Assembly (NCBI GenBank): GCA_964016885.1
Contig: OZ024742.1
Coordinates: 54,808,001 to 54,872,000, forward strand
Reading direction: 5' to 3'
Source of the DNA: Eledone cirrhosa
Taxonomy: Eukaryota
DNA length: 64,000 nt
A model generated the notes under the pieces. The model ran no database searches and was not told where the DNA came from. It saw only the letters and a list, made by a program, of their open reading frames with translations. Each line of letters opens with the position of its first letter. Position 1 is the first letter of the stretch. Shown here piece by piece: positions 32,947-48,787 of this stretch. The position numbers and the translations under genes are program-made.

Positions 32947-32991
32947 AGCCGACAAGGCCTTGTTTCGCTTTTGTTGAAGCTTATCAAGGCT
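32947..32991 (-). ncRNA. Hammerhead, U3:A8 core variant, in solo element 32781-33008
   Basis: rc: agcc-TTGATAA-GCTT-caacaa-AAGC-GAAA-CAAGGCCTTG-TC-ggct. Confidence 0.75.
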
Positions 32992-33008
32992 AACTACTCA
33001 CACCTGTC

Positions 33009-33082
<74 letters not shown>

Positions 33083-33435
33083 TATACATATACATATATA
33101 CATATACATATACATATATATATTTACATATACATATACATATACATATATATATATACATATACATATATACATATATATATATACATATATATATGTA
33201 TATATACATATATTTATATATATATATATATATATAAACATACATACATATATATATACACACACATATATATATATATATACATATATATACATATACA
33301 TATATACATATACATATACATATACATATATATATATACATATACATATATATATATACATATACATATATACATATATATATATACATATATATATGTA
33401 TATATACATATATTTATATATATATATATATATAA

Positions 33436-33502
<67 letters not shown>

Positions 33503-33513
33503 CATATATATAC

Positions 33514-33597
<84 letters not shown>

Positions 33598-33628
33598 ATA
33601 CATACATATATATATATAAATATATATA

Positions 33629-34142
33629 AAGAATTAATATCTAGTAACATATATATACATACAGATGCATATCAATGCTAGCAAATATATAGGTTTTGTC
33701 TTAGTAACATTGTAGTTCAATGCATGGGGTTGCAGAACAATAATATGAGAGACGCAAAATAAGAAAATTATAAAATTAACTTACTTACTAAAATATCACT
33801 TCCAACTAATTAGTTTATGGAATGGAGTAAATATATTTTCCGAAGAAGATACGGAGAAACATTCCGTCGTCAGGGAAGACTATTCTCATCTAAGTTTCTA
33901 GGCAAAGCGAGGATTCTGGAAACTTATTAAAAAATAATGCAGTGGATAGGAAATAGCAAAGCGTGGACTGAATTCCTAGCCATTGAGAAAATCACTGCCT
34001 CTGCGTCTGTGGCAAATTCAAAAAGAATCAATCACGTGACATCGAGGTCAATCAGTGGAAAGTGGTTTACTAATAAGACAGCGGCCTGCCTACTACCATA
34101 GCAACAGTCATGGCCAATATTGCTCGACAAATAATTTGGAGA

Positions 34143-34148
<6 letters not shown>
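33629..34148 (-). mobile_element. Diverged monomer of family E, HHR at 33799-33878
   Basis: Collinear with 28646-29172; HHR stems covary; G12 mutated (TAAA). Confidence 0.8.
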
Positions 34149-34222
<74 letters not shown>

Positions 34223-34259
34223 TATATACATATATATATATATATACATATACATATAC

Positions 34260-34290
<31 letters not shown>

Positions 34291-34323
34291 CATATATATA
34301 TACATATATATATACATAAATAC

Positions 34324-34401
<78 letters not shown>

Positions 34402-34418
34402 ATATATATATGTATATA

Positions 34419-34450
<32 letters not shown>

Positions 34451-34457
34451 AACATAC

Positions 34458-34527
<70 letters not shown>

Positions 34528-34531
34528 TTAT

Positions 34532-34611
<80 letters not shown>

Positions 34612-34649
34612 TTGTATGCATGTTTATATATATGTATATATATATATTA

Positions 34650-34720
<71 letters not shown>

Positions 34721-34759
34721 GTAGATATTTATATGTATATGTATATATGTATATGTACA

Positions 34760-34798
<39 letters not shown>

Positions 34799-34825
34799 CT
34801 ATATATACATATATACATACATATA

Positions 34826-35240
34826 TGGTGTCTGCCAACTCGTTTTCGAGTACGGCCACTACTTTATATCCATGTAGGAGAACCCCTACCGATGCGCTGA
34901 AGCATTGTGACTTTTTAGTCCAGCCAGCGACTTGAAAACTCCGGTACAAACACTACACTTCTGACAATTATTGACACATAGTGCAGGGCCCATTTTACCC
35001 TGTGATGACAAGTGCAGAGAGATCTCCAGATATAAAGCAATGCCTGTGCCATGGAGCTTTTATAGTGAGCAAAGGCATTTCACAAAGCCAGTCCCACTCT
35101 CTTAACCAAGATGATATTTACTAAAATGAAGAACAAGTCAACATCATTGGATACCATCAGGGTTGCAGGTGTTATATCAGAGTTTTCCTTCTCCTAGAAT
35201 TCTGCCTTGACAAAAGCTAAGGGGTCATTTCTGCCGGAAG
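34826..35240 (-). mobile_element. Family D copy, 5'-truncated
   Basis: Aligns to 13395-13810. Confidence 0.85.
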
Positions 35241-35365
35241 ATATATATATCCACACATATATACATACATATATATATACATATATATATCCACACATAT
35301 ATACATACATATCCATATATATATATACATATATATACATATACATATATATATATATACACATA

Positions 35366-35401
<36 letters not shown>

Positions 35402-35958
35402 CATACATATATATATATATACATACATACACATATATATATATATACATATATATACATACATATATATATATACATATACATACATATACATATATAT
35501 ATATATATATACATACATATACATACACATATATATACATATACATATACATACATATATACACATATACATACATATATACATATATACATATACACAT
35601 ATACACATATACATATACATATATATACATATATATATATATAGATATATATATACACATATATATATATACATATACATATATATATACATACACATAT
35701 ATATATACATACACATACATATATACATACACATACATATATACACACATATATATATACATATACATATATATATACATATATATATACATATACATAT
35801 ATATATATATACATACACACATACATATACATATATATACATACACACATACATATATACATATATACATATATATACATACACACATACATATATACAT
35901 ATGCATATACACACATACATATACACATATATACATATATATACATATACATATATAC

Positions 35959-36025
<67 letters not shown>

Positions 36026-36272
36026 TACATATACACATACATATACACACATACATATACATATATACACATACATATACATACACATACATACATATAC
36101 ATATATATACACATAGATACATACATACATACACATACATACATATAAATACACATACACATGTATATATACATAAACATACATATATATACATAAACAT
36201 ACATATATATATACATATATATATACATATATACATACATATATATATATATATGCATACACATATATATAC

Positions 36273-36303
<31 letters not shown>

Positions 36304-36352
36304 CATATATATACATATACATATATATATATATACATATACAGACATATAC

Positions 36353-36385
<33 letters not shown>

Positions 36386-36532
36386 CATACATATGCTTAC
36401 ACATACATACACAGATACATATACATACACATATACATATACATACATATATACATATACAAATACATATACACATACATATATATATACATATACATAT
36501 ACACATACATATATATATACATATATACATAC

Positions 36533-36571
<39 letters not shown>

Positions 36572-36646
36572 CATATATATATATATATACACATACATAT
36601 ACATATGCATATACATACATATATATATATATATATACATATACAC

Positions 36647-36737
<91 letters not shown>

Positions 36738-36741
36738 AATA

Positions 36742-37212
36742 TGGTGGCTGCCAACTGGTTTTCGAGTACGGCCACTACTTTATACTTTATATCCATATAG
36801 GAGAACCCCTACTGATGCGCTGAACGAGTGTGACTTATTAGTCCAGCCAGCGACTTGAAAACTCTGGTACAAACACTAAACTTGTGACAATTACTGACAC
36901 ATAGTGCTGGGTCCATTTTACGCTCTGATGACAAGTGCAGAGAGATCTCCAGATATAAAGCAATGCCTGTACCGTGAAGCTTTTATAATGAGCAATGTAC
37001 AGCACAAAGCCAGTCCCACTCTCTTAACCAAGATGATATTTATCAAAAAGAAGAACACGTCAACATCATTGGATACCATCAGGGTTGCAGGTGCTATATC
37101 AGAGTTTTCCTTCTCCTAGAATTCTGCCTTGACAAAGGCTAAGGGGTCATCTCTCCCGGTGATTTTGGATGGCCATTGACTCTTAAGAGCTCATTTGCCC
37201 TTTGACAGGTTT
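36742..37212 (-). mobile_element. Family D copy, 5'-truncated
   Basis: Aligns to 13395-13860. Confidence 0.85.
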
Positions 37213-37292
37213 AATATATATATATACATACATATATATATATATATATATACATACATATATGTATATATATATACATACATATATATATA

Positions 37293-37366
<74 letters not shown>

Positions 37367-37367
37367 C

Positions 37368-37400
<33 letters not shown>

Positions 37401-37546
37401 CATACATATATATATACATACATATATATATATACATACATATATATATACATACATATATATATATATACATACATACATATATATATACATACATATA
37501 TATATACATACATATATATATATATATACATACATAAATATATATC

Positions 37547-37576
<30 letters not shown>

Positions 37577-37578
<2 letters not shown>

Positions 37579-38004
37579 CGATATTAACAAGTGGAAACTA
37601 TATTTATAAAACCATATTTATTTTATTATACTATTTCAAGGATACCATGTTAAATTACTGTATGCTTTCATCAGACAAAATACAATATATACCAGTTTTA
37701 TAAATAAACATTGACGTACCCTTTCACAATGCAACTTTTACTTTTGGAAGACATCAAGGATAGTGAAAGGGTACGTCAATGTTTATTTATAAAACTGGTA
37801 TATATTGTATTTTGACTGATGAAAGCATACCATAATTTAACATGGTATCCTTGAAATATGTATAATAAAATAAATATGGTTTTATAAATATAGTTTCCAT
37901 TTGTAAATATCGTATATTTACTCCAAATACTTGTAGAGTGGTTTATATCAGTTATAATATATATTTGCTTGTTGCATCCCAACAATTTAAATAGAACTTT
38001 TGCA
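37577..38004 (+). mobile_element. Foldback pLTR with paired hammerheads
   Basis: Arms 37577-37727/37763-37914; CTGATGA-aag.atac.cat...atg.gtat.ctt-GAAA-TATG-TA at 37816-37862; tail resembles 8810-8912. Confidence 0.8.
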
Positions 38005-38008
38005 TATA

Positions 38009-38036
<28 letters not shown>

Positions 38037-38039
<3 letters not shown>

Positions 38040-40831
38040 TTATTAAAATAACAGATTAAAGTTTAAGCAAAGAATCGCTGCTTTCACCCTTAACGGGATC
38101 TTCTGAAACTAACAAAGTCAATCTGTAAACGCAGAACTGGATATTTCAAAAAACGTTGCAACCGGAAGAAGACAGGAAGACGATACTTTGGTTCGTGGAA
38201 ACGTTCGCTGGCTAAGAACGGGAAAAAACGAATAATACGTCATTAATAGGAGCGGTGAAAAACAATTACGCGCAAAGACAGAACCACGTTTATGGTATAA
38301 CAGAGGTCGTAGACAAATGTTCTCTTAGGTGGTGCATAGAGACGTTCTCTGGCGATGAACGAAAAAAACGAAGATAATACGTTTTATCCAATTCGACATT
38401 AACAATTACTACTCCTCCATCACTTTACCACTTCTCCTTAGAGCTATCAATTTCGCTAAAACACTCACAGTGGTTAAGGATTTCGAAGTTGATGTAATCC
38501 TTAATGCCCGAAAGTCGGTGATTAATTTCGATGACTCTATTTGGATAAAAAAATCCAATAGTACCCCATTCGACGTGAGTATGGGCGCCAGTGACTCTGC
38601 GGTGGTTACTGATCTTATTGGCCTTTTCCTTCTTTTCTCTATCAAGGACGAATTCCCCAACGCGGGCGGTGGTTTGTACCGTGACGATGGTTTTTTGACC
38701 ATGACTAAGTGCGGACCTCGTGCTTGCGACAGGTTCAGAAAAGAACTTACAGCCTTCTTTAAAGGCTTCAACCTCTCTATACAGGTTGAGGCCAATCTCT
38801 CGGTCGTTAATTACCTCGACGTTACGCTTAATTTATTAAATGGGTTGTATTACCCGTATAGAAAGCCGAATGATACGCTTAATTACATAAGTAAGCATTC
38901 CAACCATCCTGCCAGCATAACCAAGAACCTGGTAAAAAACGTTTCCTTGAGGCTTTCCCGTCTTTCCACCAACAAGCGCATTTTCAACGACCATTCCACT
39001 TACTACAATGAAGCTCTTGCTCGAAAATAGACCTAGAAGAAATAGATCCCGTCGCATTTGTTGTTTTAACCCACCATATAATATGGAAGTGGCCACACCA
39101 TTAGCTAAGATCTTTCTTTCCCTTATTACGAAGCATTTTCCCCCTACACATAAATATAGTAACATTTTTAGTAGAAATACTATTAACATTTCTTACTCTA
39201 CGACTCCTAACCTTGCACATAACATCACAGCTTCAAATTTAGCTAAACTACCTAGCCGTAGGAACACGTGCAACCCTGTAGTTAGTACTAACTGTAATTG
39301 TAGGAATCGGGCTGATTGCCTCCTATCCGGGAAATGCCTCTCTAGTAACATTGTCTACAAATGTAAGGTTGTAACACCCACGTCCCGTAGGGCCTACATA
39401 GGGTTAACCGCCAATAGATTCAAGCAGCGTCTTTACATGCATACCCATTCTTTTCGTTACCCTCTAAGAAGGAATATGACGTCACTTTCAGCTTATATCT
39501 GGAGTCTAAAGCCAACCACACCCAATATAAGTTACACTGGGAGATCCTAGCGAGGGCTAGATCGTATAACGGAAATAAAAGACCATGTGACCTCTGCGCC
39601 GCTGAGGCCCTGGAAATACTCTACGCCAGGGACCACATCTTAAATAAAAAATCTGAGGCAATTTCGGCTTGTAAACATAAATTGCACAAAACTTTCCTGT
39701 ATTACAGCCCCACGTTATACCTTAACGGATAGCACGATCTATACGTGGATATTTTACGTCTTGATGTGGGAGCTAAGTATATGTTTTGTTTATTCCTTTA
39801 ATTATTTGCATAGGTAAGTATATATTACCCGTATGTTTTGTGAAGGTATGTATACCTTCTCGTACGTATATTTGACTGTTATGGCGTATAATTTTTACAT
39901 ATTCTGGTATTTAGGGTTTGGCTATGTGTATACGGGAGTTTTGCGTCTGCGTGAGTATGCAGGTTCGTACGTATGGTGGGTGTGTGTATATGTGTACTTT
40001 TTGTTTTAGTTGACTTACGTCTCCGAACATTCGTGTATTTATTTGTAGGTATGTGTGTGCGCTTGTTATATACGTATTTATTTACTTATATACGTTTATA
40101 TAATTATTTATTTATTTATTTGTACACAAGCATACGCACACACACACACATATTTATATGTGCGTGGTTTTGTATACCTATGGTAAGGTTTTGCGAATGC
40201 TTGTGTATGTACGTATCTGTTTGCGTGTAAATATTTATTTGTTTCTATTACTTCTGTATTGTATTTATTTACTTTGTTCTTAACTCTGTAGCAGAGATTC
40301 ATTTGGTCTCCTAGTTAGAATTTTAGTCTACAACTTCTGCTTTACCTTTTACGTGGTTTTGTCTTTGCATGCTATTGTTCTCCACGCTCCACATATGACG
40401 TATTATCTTCGTTTTTTTCGTTCATCGCCAGAGAACGTCTCTATGCACCACCTAAGAGAACCTTAGTCTACGACCTCTATTATACCATAAACGTCGTTCT
40501 GTCTTTGCGCGTAATTGTTTTTCACCGCTCCTATTAATGACGTATTATTCGTTTTTTCCCGTTCTTAGCCAGCGAACGATTCCACGAACCAAAGTATCGT
40601 CTTCCTGTCTTCCTCCGGTTGCAACGGTTTTTGAAATATCCAGTTCTGCGTTTACAGATTGACTTTGTTAGTTTCAGAAGATCCCGTTAAGGGTGAAAGC
40701 AGCGATTCTTTGCTTAAACTTTAATCTGTTATTTTAATAAATATTTGCTCTACGGTCCTTATATATTTGATATATATTTTCCTTATCGAGCCCTCTTTGG
40801 ATTTTAGTCTTCAATTTTATTATTATTACTA
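38037..40831 (+). mobile_element. 5'-truncated Penelope-like element with inverted pLTR
   Basis: Arms 38037-38382/40398-40743 plus ~87-nt tail; flanked by (TA)n. Confidence 0.92.
38383..39732 (+). pseudogene. PLE RT + GIY-YIG endonuclease (probably Nematis-type), two frameshifts
   Basis: FDINNYYSSI, FDVSMG, GLYRDDG, NYLDVTL, SNHP, CNCR..CLLSGKC, IVY...YIG, CDLC..E...LNKKSE...CKH. Confidence 0.9.
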
Positions 40832-42232
40832 TATATATATATATATATATATACATATATATCTATAACTTTATACTCTAGAAATATCCCCATGAACACC
40901 TACTTTTAGTATAATTACTTTCAATTACTTATAATTATATAGTGATACAATACAGTCTATGTAAGCTTTAAATACCAATTTCGACAATGAATTAATTATG
41001 CAATTGTATTTGTATGTATAGAGTGATAAAATTGGATATATATAAGATTAATTTATTAACATAAGAGATCTGTATAACCTATATGTTGAGTGCAATGAAT
41101 TATGTATGAATGGTACATGAGTTATATATGCAAGTATAATTTGAAGGATAGATTAATGACATTGTAAATGAGGGATGTTTTTGTCAGCCCTAGAGATGTA
41201 TTTGGCTTTGCCATGCAAACAGCCATACGCTGCTCCAGAACTTACCAGGGGTTATGTAGACATAATTCTAATAGATCTCCTGACATGTTCTGAGAGTAGA
41301 CAACATTTGCAAAGAACTTTGATATATAGATATGGCTCTTTGTATTAGACTGTATTTAAAATTGGAAACTGAATATAAATATATAACCGTCTATATAAGG
41401 GACTCAATTGAGACACCTTATAATGTATGTTAGAACAATGAATTTGGTTATTGAAATCATCTAGTTACCTCCCCTTCCGCATTTACTCCCCTTAATTACA
41501 CACATACTTCCGGATAATAAACCGATGTAAATTCTCGCAGCAGAAACAACCTACTCTATAAAATTGGATTAAAGAACACTGAGCCGCAAATAATTTAATT
41601 TAATGCATCAAACATCCAATACGGAATCATCGTTAATTATGTGATGGATGTATAAACTATATATTACATTTCCTGAATGTGAAAATGGTGGTGGATGCTA
41701 AAACCATAACTTTCTTTTGCTTCTCCTTTTTATTTTTATTTTTCTGCACACATACTTTTTTATTATATACAAAAAATAACTTACCACTACAACCTCCATA
41801 ATACTCTTACTTACCCGCTTAAAGTGCTTGTATTACATGTAAAACCCTGCCACACAATAATCATATATAAATGAGACACACGTGTAACTAACGCATACAA
41901 TAACTAATACATCTGACTAACAAACTATCCTCTTGCATTATCTATGTTAACTGCCGAATGTATTTTAATTTTGTTTTAATTTTGTTTTAATTTTAATTTT
42001 GATTTTGATTTTGAATTTGAAATGCTATACAGAAATAATATAATATAATATATGTCACTCCACAGGACATCAATATATACATATGTATCTGTATGTCTCT
42101 TGCGTTGGAAAGGAGGTCAATTATGTGTACAAACATTGAAAAATGCTCCGAATACGCCAAGCCTAGGTTTGGATGAAACAATTGTAAGTGAATAAATGTT
42201 TTGAACATAGCTTTGATTCTTGTGAATTCTAT

Positions 42233-42285
<53 letters not shown>

Positions 42286-42289
42286 CATA

Positions 42290-42914
42290 TCTCTGTTTCT
42301 CTCACCTTCTTTCGCCCCCTCTGTCAGTTACACTTTCTCTCGACTGACCTGTTCCTCACACTTCCACTCACTCACTCTCTGTTTCTCCCCTTCTCACTTC
42401 CTCCCGTTTGGCTTGTGTGGGTCTCTTCTTGTTCACATCTCACACATATCAACACGGTCTGTACCCCTCTCGCTCATGAAATTCACCCAGCTTATGCTAA
42501 CAGGACAAACACGTTGCTTGTTTATTTTCCTATCTTCGGTTTGCTTTTATCCTTCTATGTTGTTTACTTTTCCCCCTCGCCTTACGCGAATTCTGGTCCC
42601 AATAACTTTTTTTAGTTTTTGCATGCACCAACCTCAGGTATCTGATTTTTAATGCGATGAAATACCAATGATGGTTGGAAAAAATCACTGACGAAGGACT
42701 ATTTTTATCATATGAAACCCATGTGCAAATCACGCAGTATTCTTCTTTCTTCTCATGTTTTTTATATATATTTACCTCGGCTGCGTTCGTCTGTTTCTTA
42801 CTGCTTCCCCGTTCTCTCTGTTTCTCTCACCTTCTTTCGCCCCTCTGTCAGTTACACTTTCTCTCGACTGACCTCTTCCTCACACTTCCACGCAGTATTC
42901 TTCTTTCTTCTCAT

Positions 42915-42918
<4 letters not shown>
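42290..42918. repeat. Pyrimidine-rich element with direct repeats
   Basis: 42290-42366 repeated at 42816-42891; acgcagtattcttctttcttctcatgttt at ~42732 and ~42890. Confidence 0.6.
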
Positions 42919-42974
<56 letters not shown>

Positions 42975-42978
42975 GTAC

Positions 42979-43011
<33 letters not shown>

Positions 43012-43016
43012 CATAC

Positions 43017-43051
<35 letters not shown>

Positions 43052-43056
43052 CATAC

Positions 43057-43089
<33 letters not shown>

Positions 43090-43582
43090 CATACATATAT
43101 ATATATATATACATACATATACATATATATATACATACATATATATATATATACATACATATATATATATATATACATACATATATATATATATACATAC
43201 ATATATATATATATACATACATATATATATATATATATACATACATATATATATATATATATATACATACATATATATATATATATATACATACATATAT
43301 ATATATATACATACATATATATAAATATATATATACATACATATATATATATATATATACATACATATATATATATACATACATATATATATATACATAC
43401 ATACATATATATATATATACATAAATATATATATATATATACATACATACATATATATATATATATACATACATACATATATATATACATACATATATAT
43501 ATATATACATACATACATATATATATATAAACATACATATATATATAAATTTATACATACATATACATATATATATACATAC

Positions 43583-43631
<49 letters not shown>

Positions 43632-43717
43632 CATATATATATATATATACATACATATACATGTATATACATACATATACATATATATACATACATATAT
43701 ATATATACATACATATA

Positions 43718-45418
43718 CTCTTTTACCCTTTTACCTGTTTCAGCCATCCGGATGAGGCCATGCTGGGGCACCGCCCTTGTTGCTACACATTTTATCTCCA
43801 GCCTGTATAGGTTGGCCACTGGTGTAGGAGGGAGTTTGTTGCTGCTGACCTTAGGTTTCCCTCGTGTCTTGCTGTGGGCTCATCCGGGATCCTGGATAAC
43901 AAGGTGTCGAGATGTTTCTTAAAGACATCCACCTCCACGTCATGCAAGTCTCGCAGATGCCTCGGCAGCCTGTTGAAGAGTTGAGGGCCCTTGAATCCCA
44001 GGCTATTGCAATACCTGCTCCTTATTCTAGATGTGGAAGACGGGACCTTTGGCAGCACACAGTGACGTCCTGTTCGACGGTTGGTCCAGCTCCCAATGCC
44101 AAAGTTTGGTGCTAGTCCCTCCAGGATTTTCCACATGTAGATCACTGCGTATCTCTCCCGTCTTCGCTCCAAGGAGTAGAGGTTCAGTTCCTTCAGCCTC
44201 TCCCAGTAGCTTGTCTCCCTCATCTTGGCAATCCTCTTGGTGTAGCTTCGCTGGATTGCCTCAAGCTCTGTGGTTAGTTTGACACTATGGGGTGACCACA
44301 GCTGGGAGCAGTAGTCCAGGCGGCTTAGGACAAAAGTCCTCCACAGTGTCAACATGGTGTCTCGATCTCTTGTAAGGAAAGTCTTCAAGATCCAGCCAGC
44401 GAATCGTCTACATGCTGTCGCCACCTTCATGATGTGTGAAGAAAAAGATGCATCATCGCTCATGTCTATGCCCAGGTCTCGTATCGATTTTGACACGGGG
44501 ATATCGGTCCCTCCTGGTCCTGTGTAGCTGTGTTCCGCTATATTTGTGTTTGTGTTTGCAGGTTTGTATTGTAGGGCTTGGAATTTACCAGCATTAAACT
44601 GCATGTTGTTTTCTTCCGCCCATCTGTATATGGCATCCAGATCCTGCTGTAAGAGGGCAGCGTCAGCCGGGGTTTTTGATTGCCTGTGCTACCTTAGTGT
44701 CATCAGCATAGCTAGTGAGGGATGTTGTTGCATGCACCACAGAGGGCATGTCCGAGAGAGCCACCAAAAACAGTAGTGGTCCCAGGACTGTCCCCTGAGA
44801 CACCCCACTTGTTATCGGTGTTTCCCTCGAGAGGGCCCCATTTGCTGCGACTGCCTGGCTTCTGTCCCTTAAGAAGCCATGCAGCCACTCACCTACTTTT
44901 CCAGTTATGCCGAGTCCGTGTAGTTTGTGACATATCATTCCGTGGTCGACCTTGTCAAAGGCCTTCGCAAAGTCAAGATATATCACGTCTACATGTGAGC
45001 TGTCTAGTAGTTGTCTCAGTACCCAGTCGTAGTGATGTAGCAGCTGTGTAAGGCAGCTTCTTCCTGGGCGGAAGCCATGTTGCGTGCTAGTCAGGCGGTC
45101 ATTTTCTTCGAGGAAAGTGATTAGTTTCTTTCTGACGACTCGCTCCATGACCTTACTGATATGCGACGTCAGGGAGACTGGCCTATAGTTCTTGGCCTCC
45201 GCTCTACTACCTCCTTTATGGATAGGGCATATTGTGCCTTCTTTCAGCTCCCTGGGTAGTACACCGCTAGCCAAGGAGCTTCTGAAGAGCATCTTCAGTG
45301 GAGTTGCTAAGGCCCGCTTACATATTTTTAGGAGAACTGCTGGGAATCCATCAGGTCCAGCAGCCGAGTCTGTTCTAATTTCATCAATAGCGTACACCAC
45401 ATCCTCCTCCGTTATGTC
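43718..45418 (-). pseudogene. LINE family B RT, longest copy, one frameshift (~44670)
   Basis: [59 protein letters not shown]. Confidence 0.93.
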
Positions 45419-45459
45419 TATATATATATATATATACATACATATATATATATATATAT

Positions 45460-45492
<33 letters not shown>

Positions 45493-45497
45493 CATAC

Positions 45498-45542
<45 letters not shown>

Positions 45543-45623
45543 CATACATATATATATATATATATACATACATATATATATATACATACATACATATATA
45601 TATATACATACATATATATATAT

Positions 45624-45654
<31 letters not shown>

Positions 45655-45675
45655 CATACATATATATATATATAT

Positions 45676-45724
<49 letters not shown>

Positions 45725-45767
45725 CATATATATATATATATATACATACATATGTACATATATATAT

Positions 45768-45830
<63 letters not shown>

Positions 45831-45879
45831 CATACATATATATATATATATACATAAATACATATGTACATATATATAT

Positions 45880-45940
<61 letters not shown>

Positions 45941-46087
45941 CATACATATATATATATATATACATAAATACATATATATATATATACATACATACATATA
46001 TATGTATACATACATACATATAAATATATACATACATACATATAAATATATACATACATACATATATATATACATACATACATATAT

Positions 46088-46122
<35 letters not shown>

Positions 46123-46281
46123 CATACATATATATATATATACATACATATATATATATATATACATACATATATATATATATACATACATATATATATA
46201 TATATACATACATACATATATATACATACATACATATATATATCTATATATACATACATATATATATATATACATACATAC

Positions 46282-46350
<69 letters not shown>

Positions 46351-46365
46351 CATACATATATATAT

Positions 46366-46444
<79 letters not shown>

Positions 46445-46491
46445 CATACATACATATATATATATATATACATACATATATATATATATAT

Positions 46492-46534
<43 letters not shown>

Positions 46535-46570
46535 CATATATCTATATATATATATATATATATATACATA

Positions 46571-46737
<167 letters not shown>

Positions 46738-46748
46738 AGATATATATA

Positions 46749-46780
<32 letters not shown>

Positions 46781-46849
46781 CATATATATATACATACATA
46801 CATATATATATATATATACATACATATATATATACATACATATATATAT

Positions 46850-46886
<37 letters not shown>

Positions 46887-47027
46887 CATACATACATATA
46901 TATATATATATACATACATACATATATATATATATACATACATACATATATATATATATACATTCATACATATATATATATATACATACATACATATATA
47001 TATATACATACATACATATATATATAT

Positions 47028-47060
<33 letters not shown>

Positions 47061-47099
47061 CACATACATATATATATATATACATACATATATATATAT

Positions 47100-47130
<31 letters not shown>

Positions 47131-47214
47131 CATACATACATATATATATATATATACATACATATATATATATATATACATACATATATATATATACATA
47201 CTTATATATATATA

Positions 47215-47843
47215 AACAAGGTTTAGTAAATAATGAAAAATTTCAAAATAAATTTTAAAAAATTGACTTTACCTACTATAGTTACCTTTACCGATCGGTT
47301 TCGAATCCCAAAAATAAAACGGAGACCATACGGCCCTCGTTGCAAAGAGAGATTCTCGTCAGAAGGTTCTTTTCATTCAAAGAATATAAAATTCCTGAAT
47401 TTAAATCACAAACTAGCGCTATCAAAGACTGTTCCTGGGATGAGAGTGGATGATGTAGAACAGGTTTATCAAGGGCCGTAATAAATATAGAGGCAAAAGG
47501 AGGTAGGTCAAACTAGCCACCGCTGTTGTCGGCAGCAGTCAGAATGACCCGGTTTGTTCTCAACGTTTGTGGAGGTAGTAGTAATATGAAATACGCCCCT
47601 TCGCGCACAAGGCGCCAAGGTACGCATGTATTGTCCAACCAAGTGCCAGTGTGGTTCAATGGCGGGTTAATAAATTAACGAGCCAGAACTATAGTAGGTA
47701 AAGTCAGTTTTTTAAAATTTATATACATATTCAATGGCGGGTTAATTTATTAACCCGCCATTGAACCACACTGGCACTTGGTTGGACAATACATGCGTAC
47801 CTTGGCGCCTTGTGCGTGAAGGGGCGTATTTCATATTACTACA
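47215..47843 (-). mobile_element. Rearranged non-coding pLTR element with interleaved inversions
   Basis: IRs 47248-47283/47687-47722 and 47579-47679/47741-47842. Confidence 0.7.
47284..47367 (-). ncRNA. Type I hammerhead with large stem II loop
   Basis: rc: acctt-CTGACGA-GAATCTC...GGGATTC-GAAA-CCGATCGG-TA-aaggt. Confidence 0.85.
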
Positions 47844-47886
47844 TATATATATATATATATATACATACATATATATATATATATAC

Positions 47887-47919
<33 letters not shown>

Positions 47920-48273
47920 CATACAGTTTTAATATAGATGAGATTCTACAGGACTAGAACTGTTTCATTCATTAGAAATCATCAGGAATCTGGGTATCAA
48001 AAAATAAAAATGGTATTTATAGGTTTCTACAAGTGGTAGAAGAGGGTGGGGAGTGGGATGGGTGCAGGTCATTGGTTGATAGAAAAGGGAATTCATTAAA
48101 AGCTAATTCTACAAAGCTATAGTTTATTTTTATTTATTTATGTTTTTAGAGTAAACATATATATATATATATATGTATATATGTGTGTATATATGCGTTA
48201 TATGTCTGTGTATATATATGTGTATATTTATGTATAGGTCTGTGTATGTATGTGTATGTTTGTATATATATGG

Positions 48274-48314
<41 letters not shown>

Positions 48315-48408
48315 AATATTTATACATATGCATGTGTATGTGTGTGTGTATATATATATATGTGTATATATGTGTGTGCGTGTATATATATATGTGTGTG
48401 TGTATATG

Positions 48409-48475
<67 letters not shown>

Positions 48476-48718
48476 GGATGTATGTATGTGTGTGTGTATG
48501 TGTATATATGTGTGTGTGTATGTGTGTGTATATGTGTATATATAATATGTATATGTGTGTGTATGTATATATATATATATATATGTATATATATGTGTAT
48601 ATATATATATGTATGTATATGTATATATATGTATATGCATGCGTGTGTATATATATATGTGTATATATATGTTTATATATATGTATGTGTATATGTATGT
48701 TTGTATGTGTGTTTGTAA

Positions 48719-48787
<69 letters not shown>

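Noticed and set aside
40672-40706. HHR-like CAGAAGA-tCCC-gttaa-GGGt-GAAA (mirror at ~38075-38108)
   Set aside because: U4 replaced and no convincing stem III, NUH triplet or stem I; in the expected pLTR position but not called
41246-41289. Possible 44-nt minus-strand micro-exon (ctctcAG...CTG|GTAAGT)
   Set aside because: Splice-like signals are common by chance; no homology or partner exon; needs RNA-seq
42688-42726. CTGACGA...GAAAC motif
   Set aside because: No pairing stem II or stem I
44663-46231. 522-aa ORF that looks like a YI-repeat-RT fusion (also 57090-58445)
   Set aside because: 5'-truncated LINE read in from flanking microsatellite
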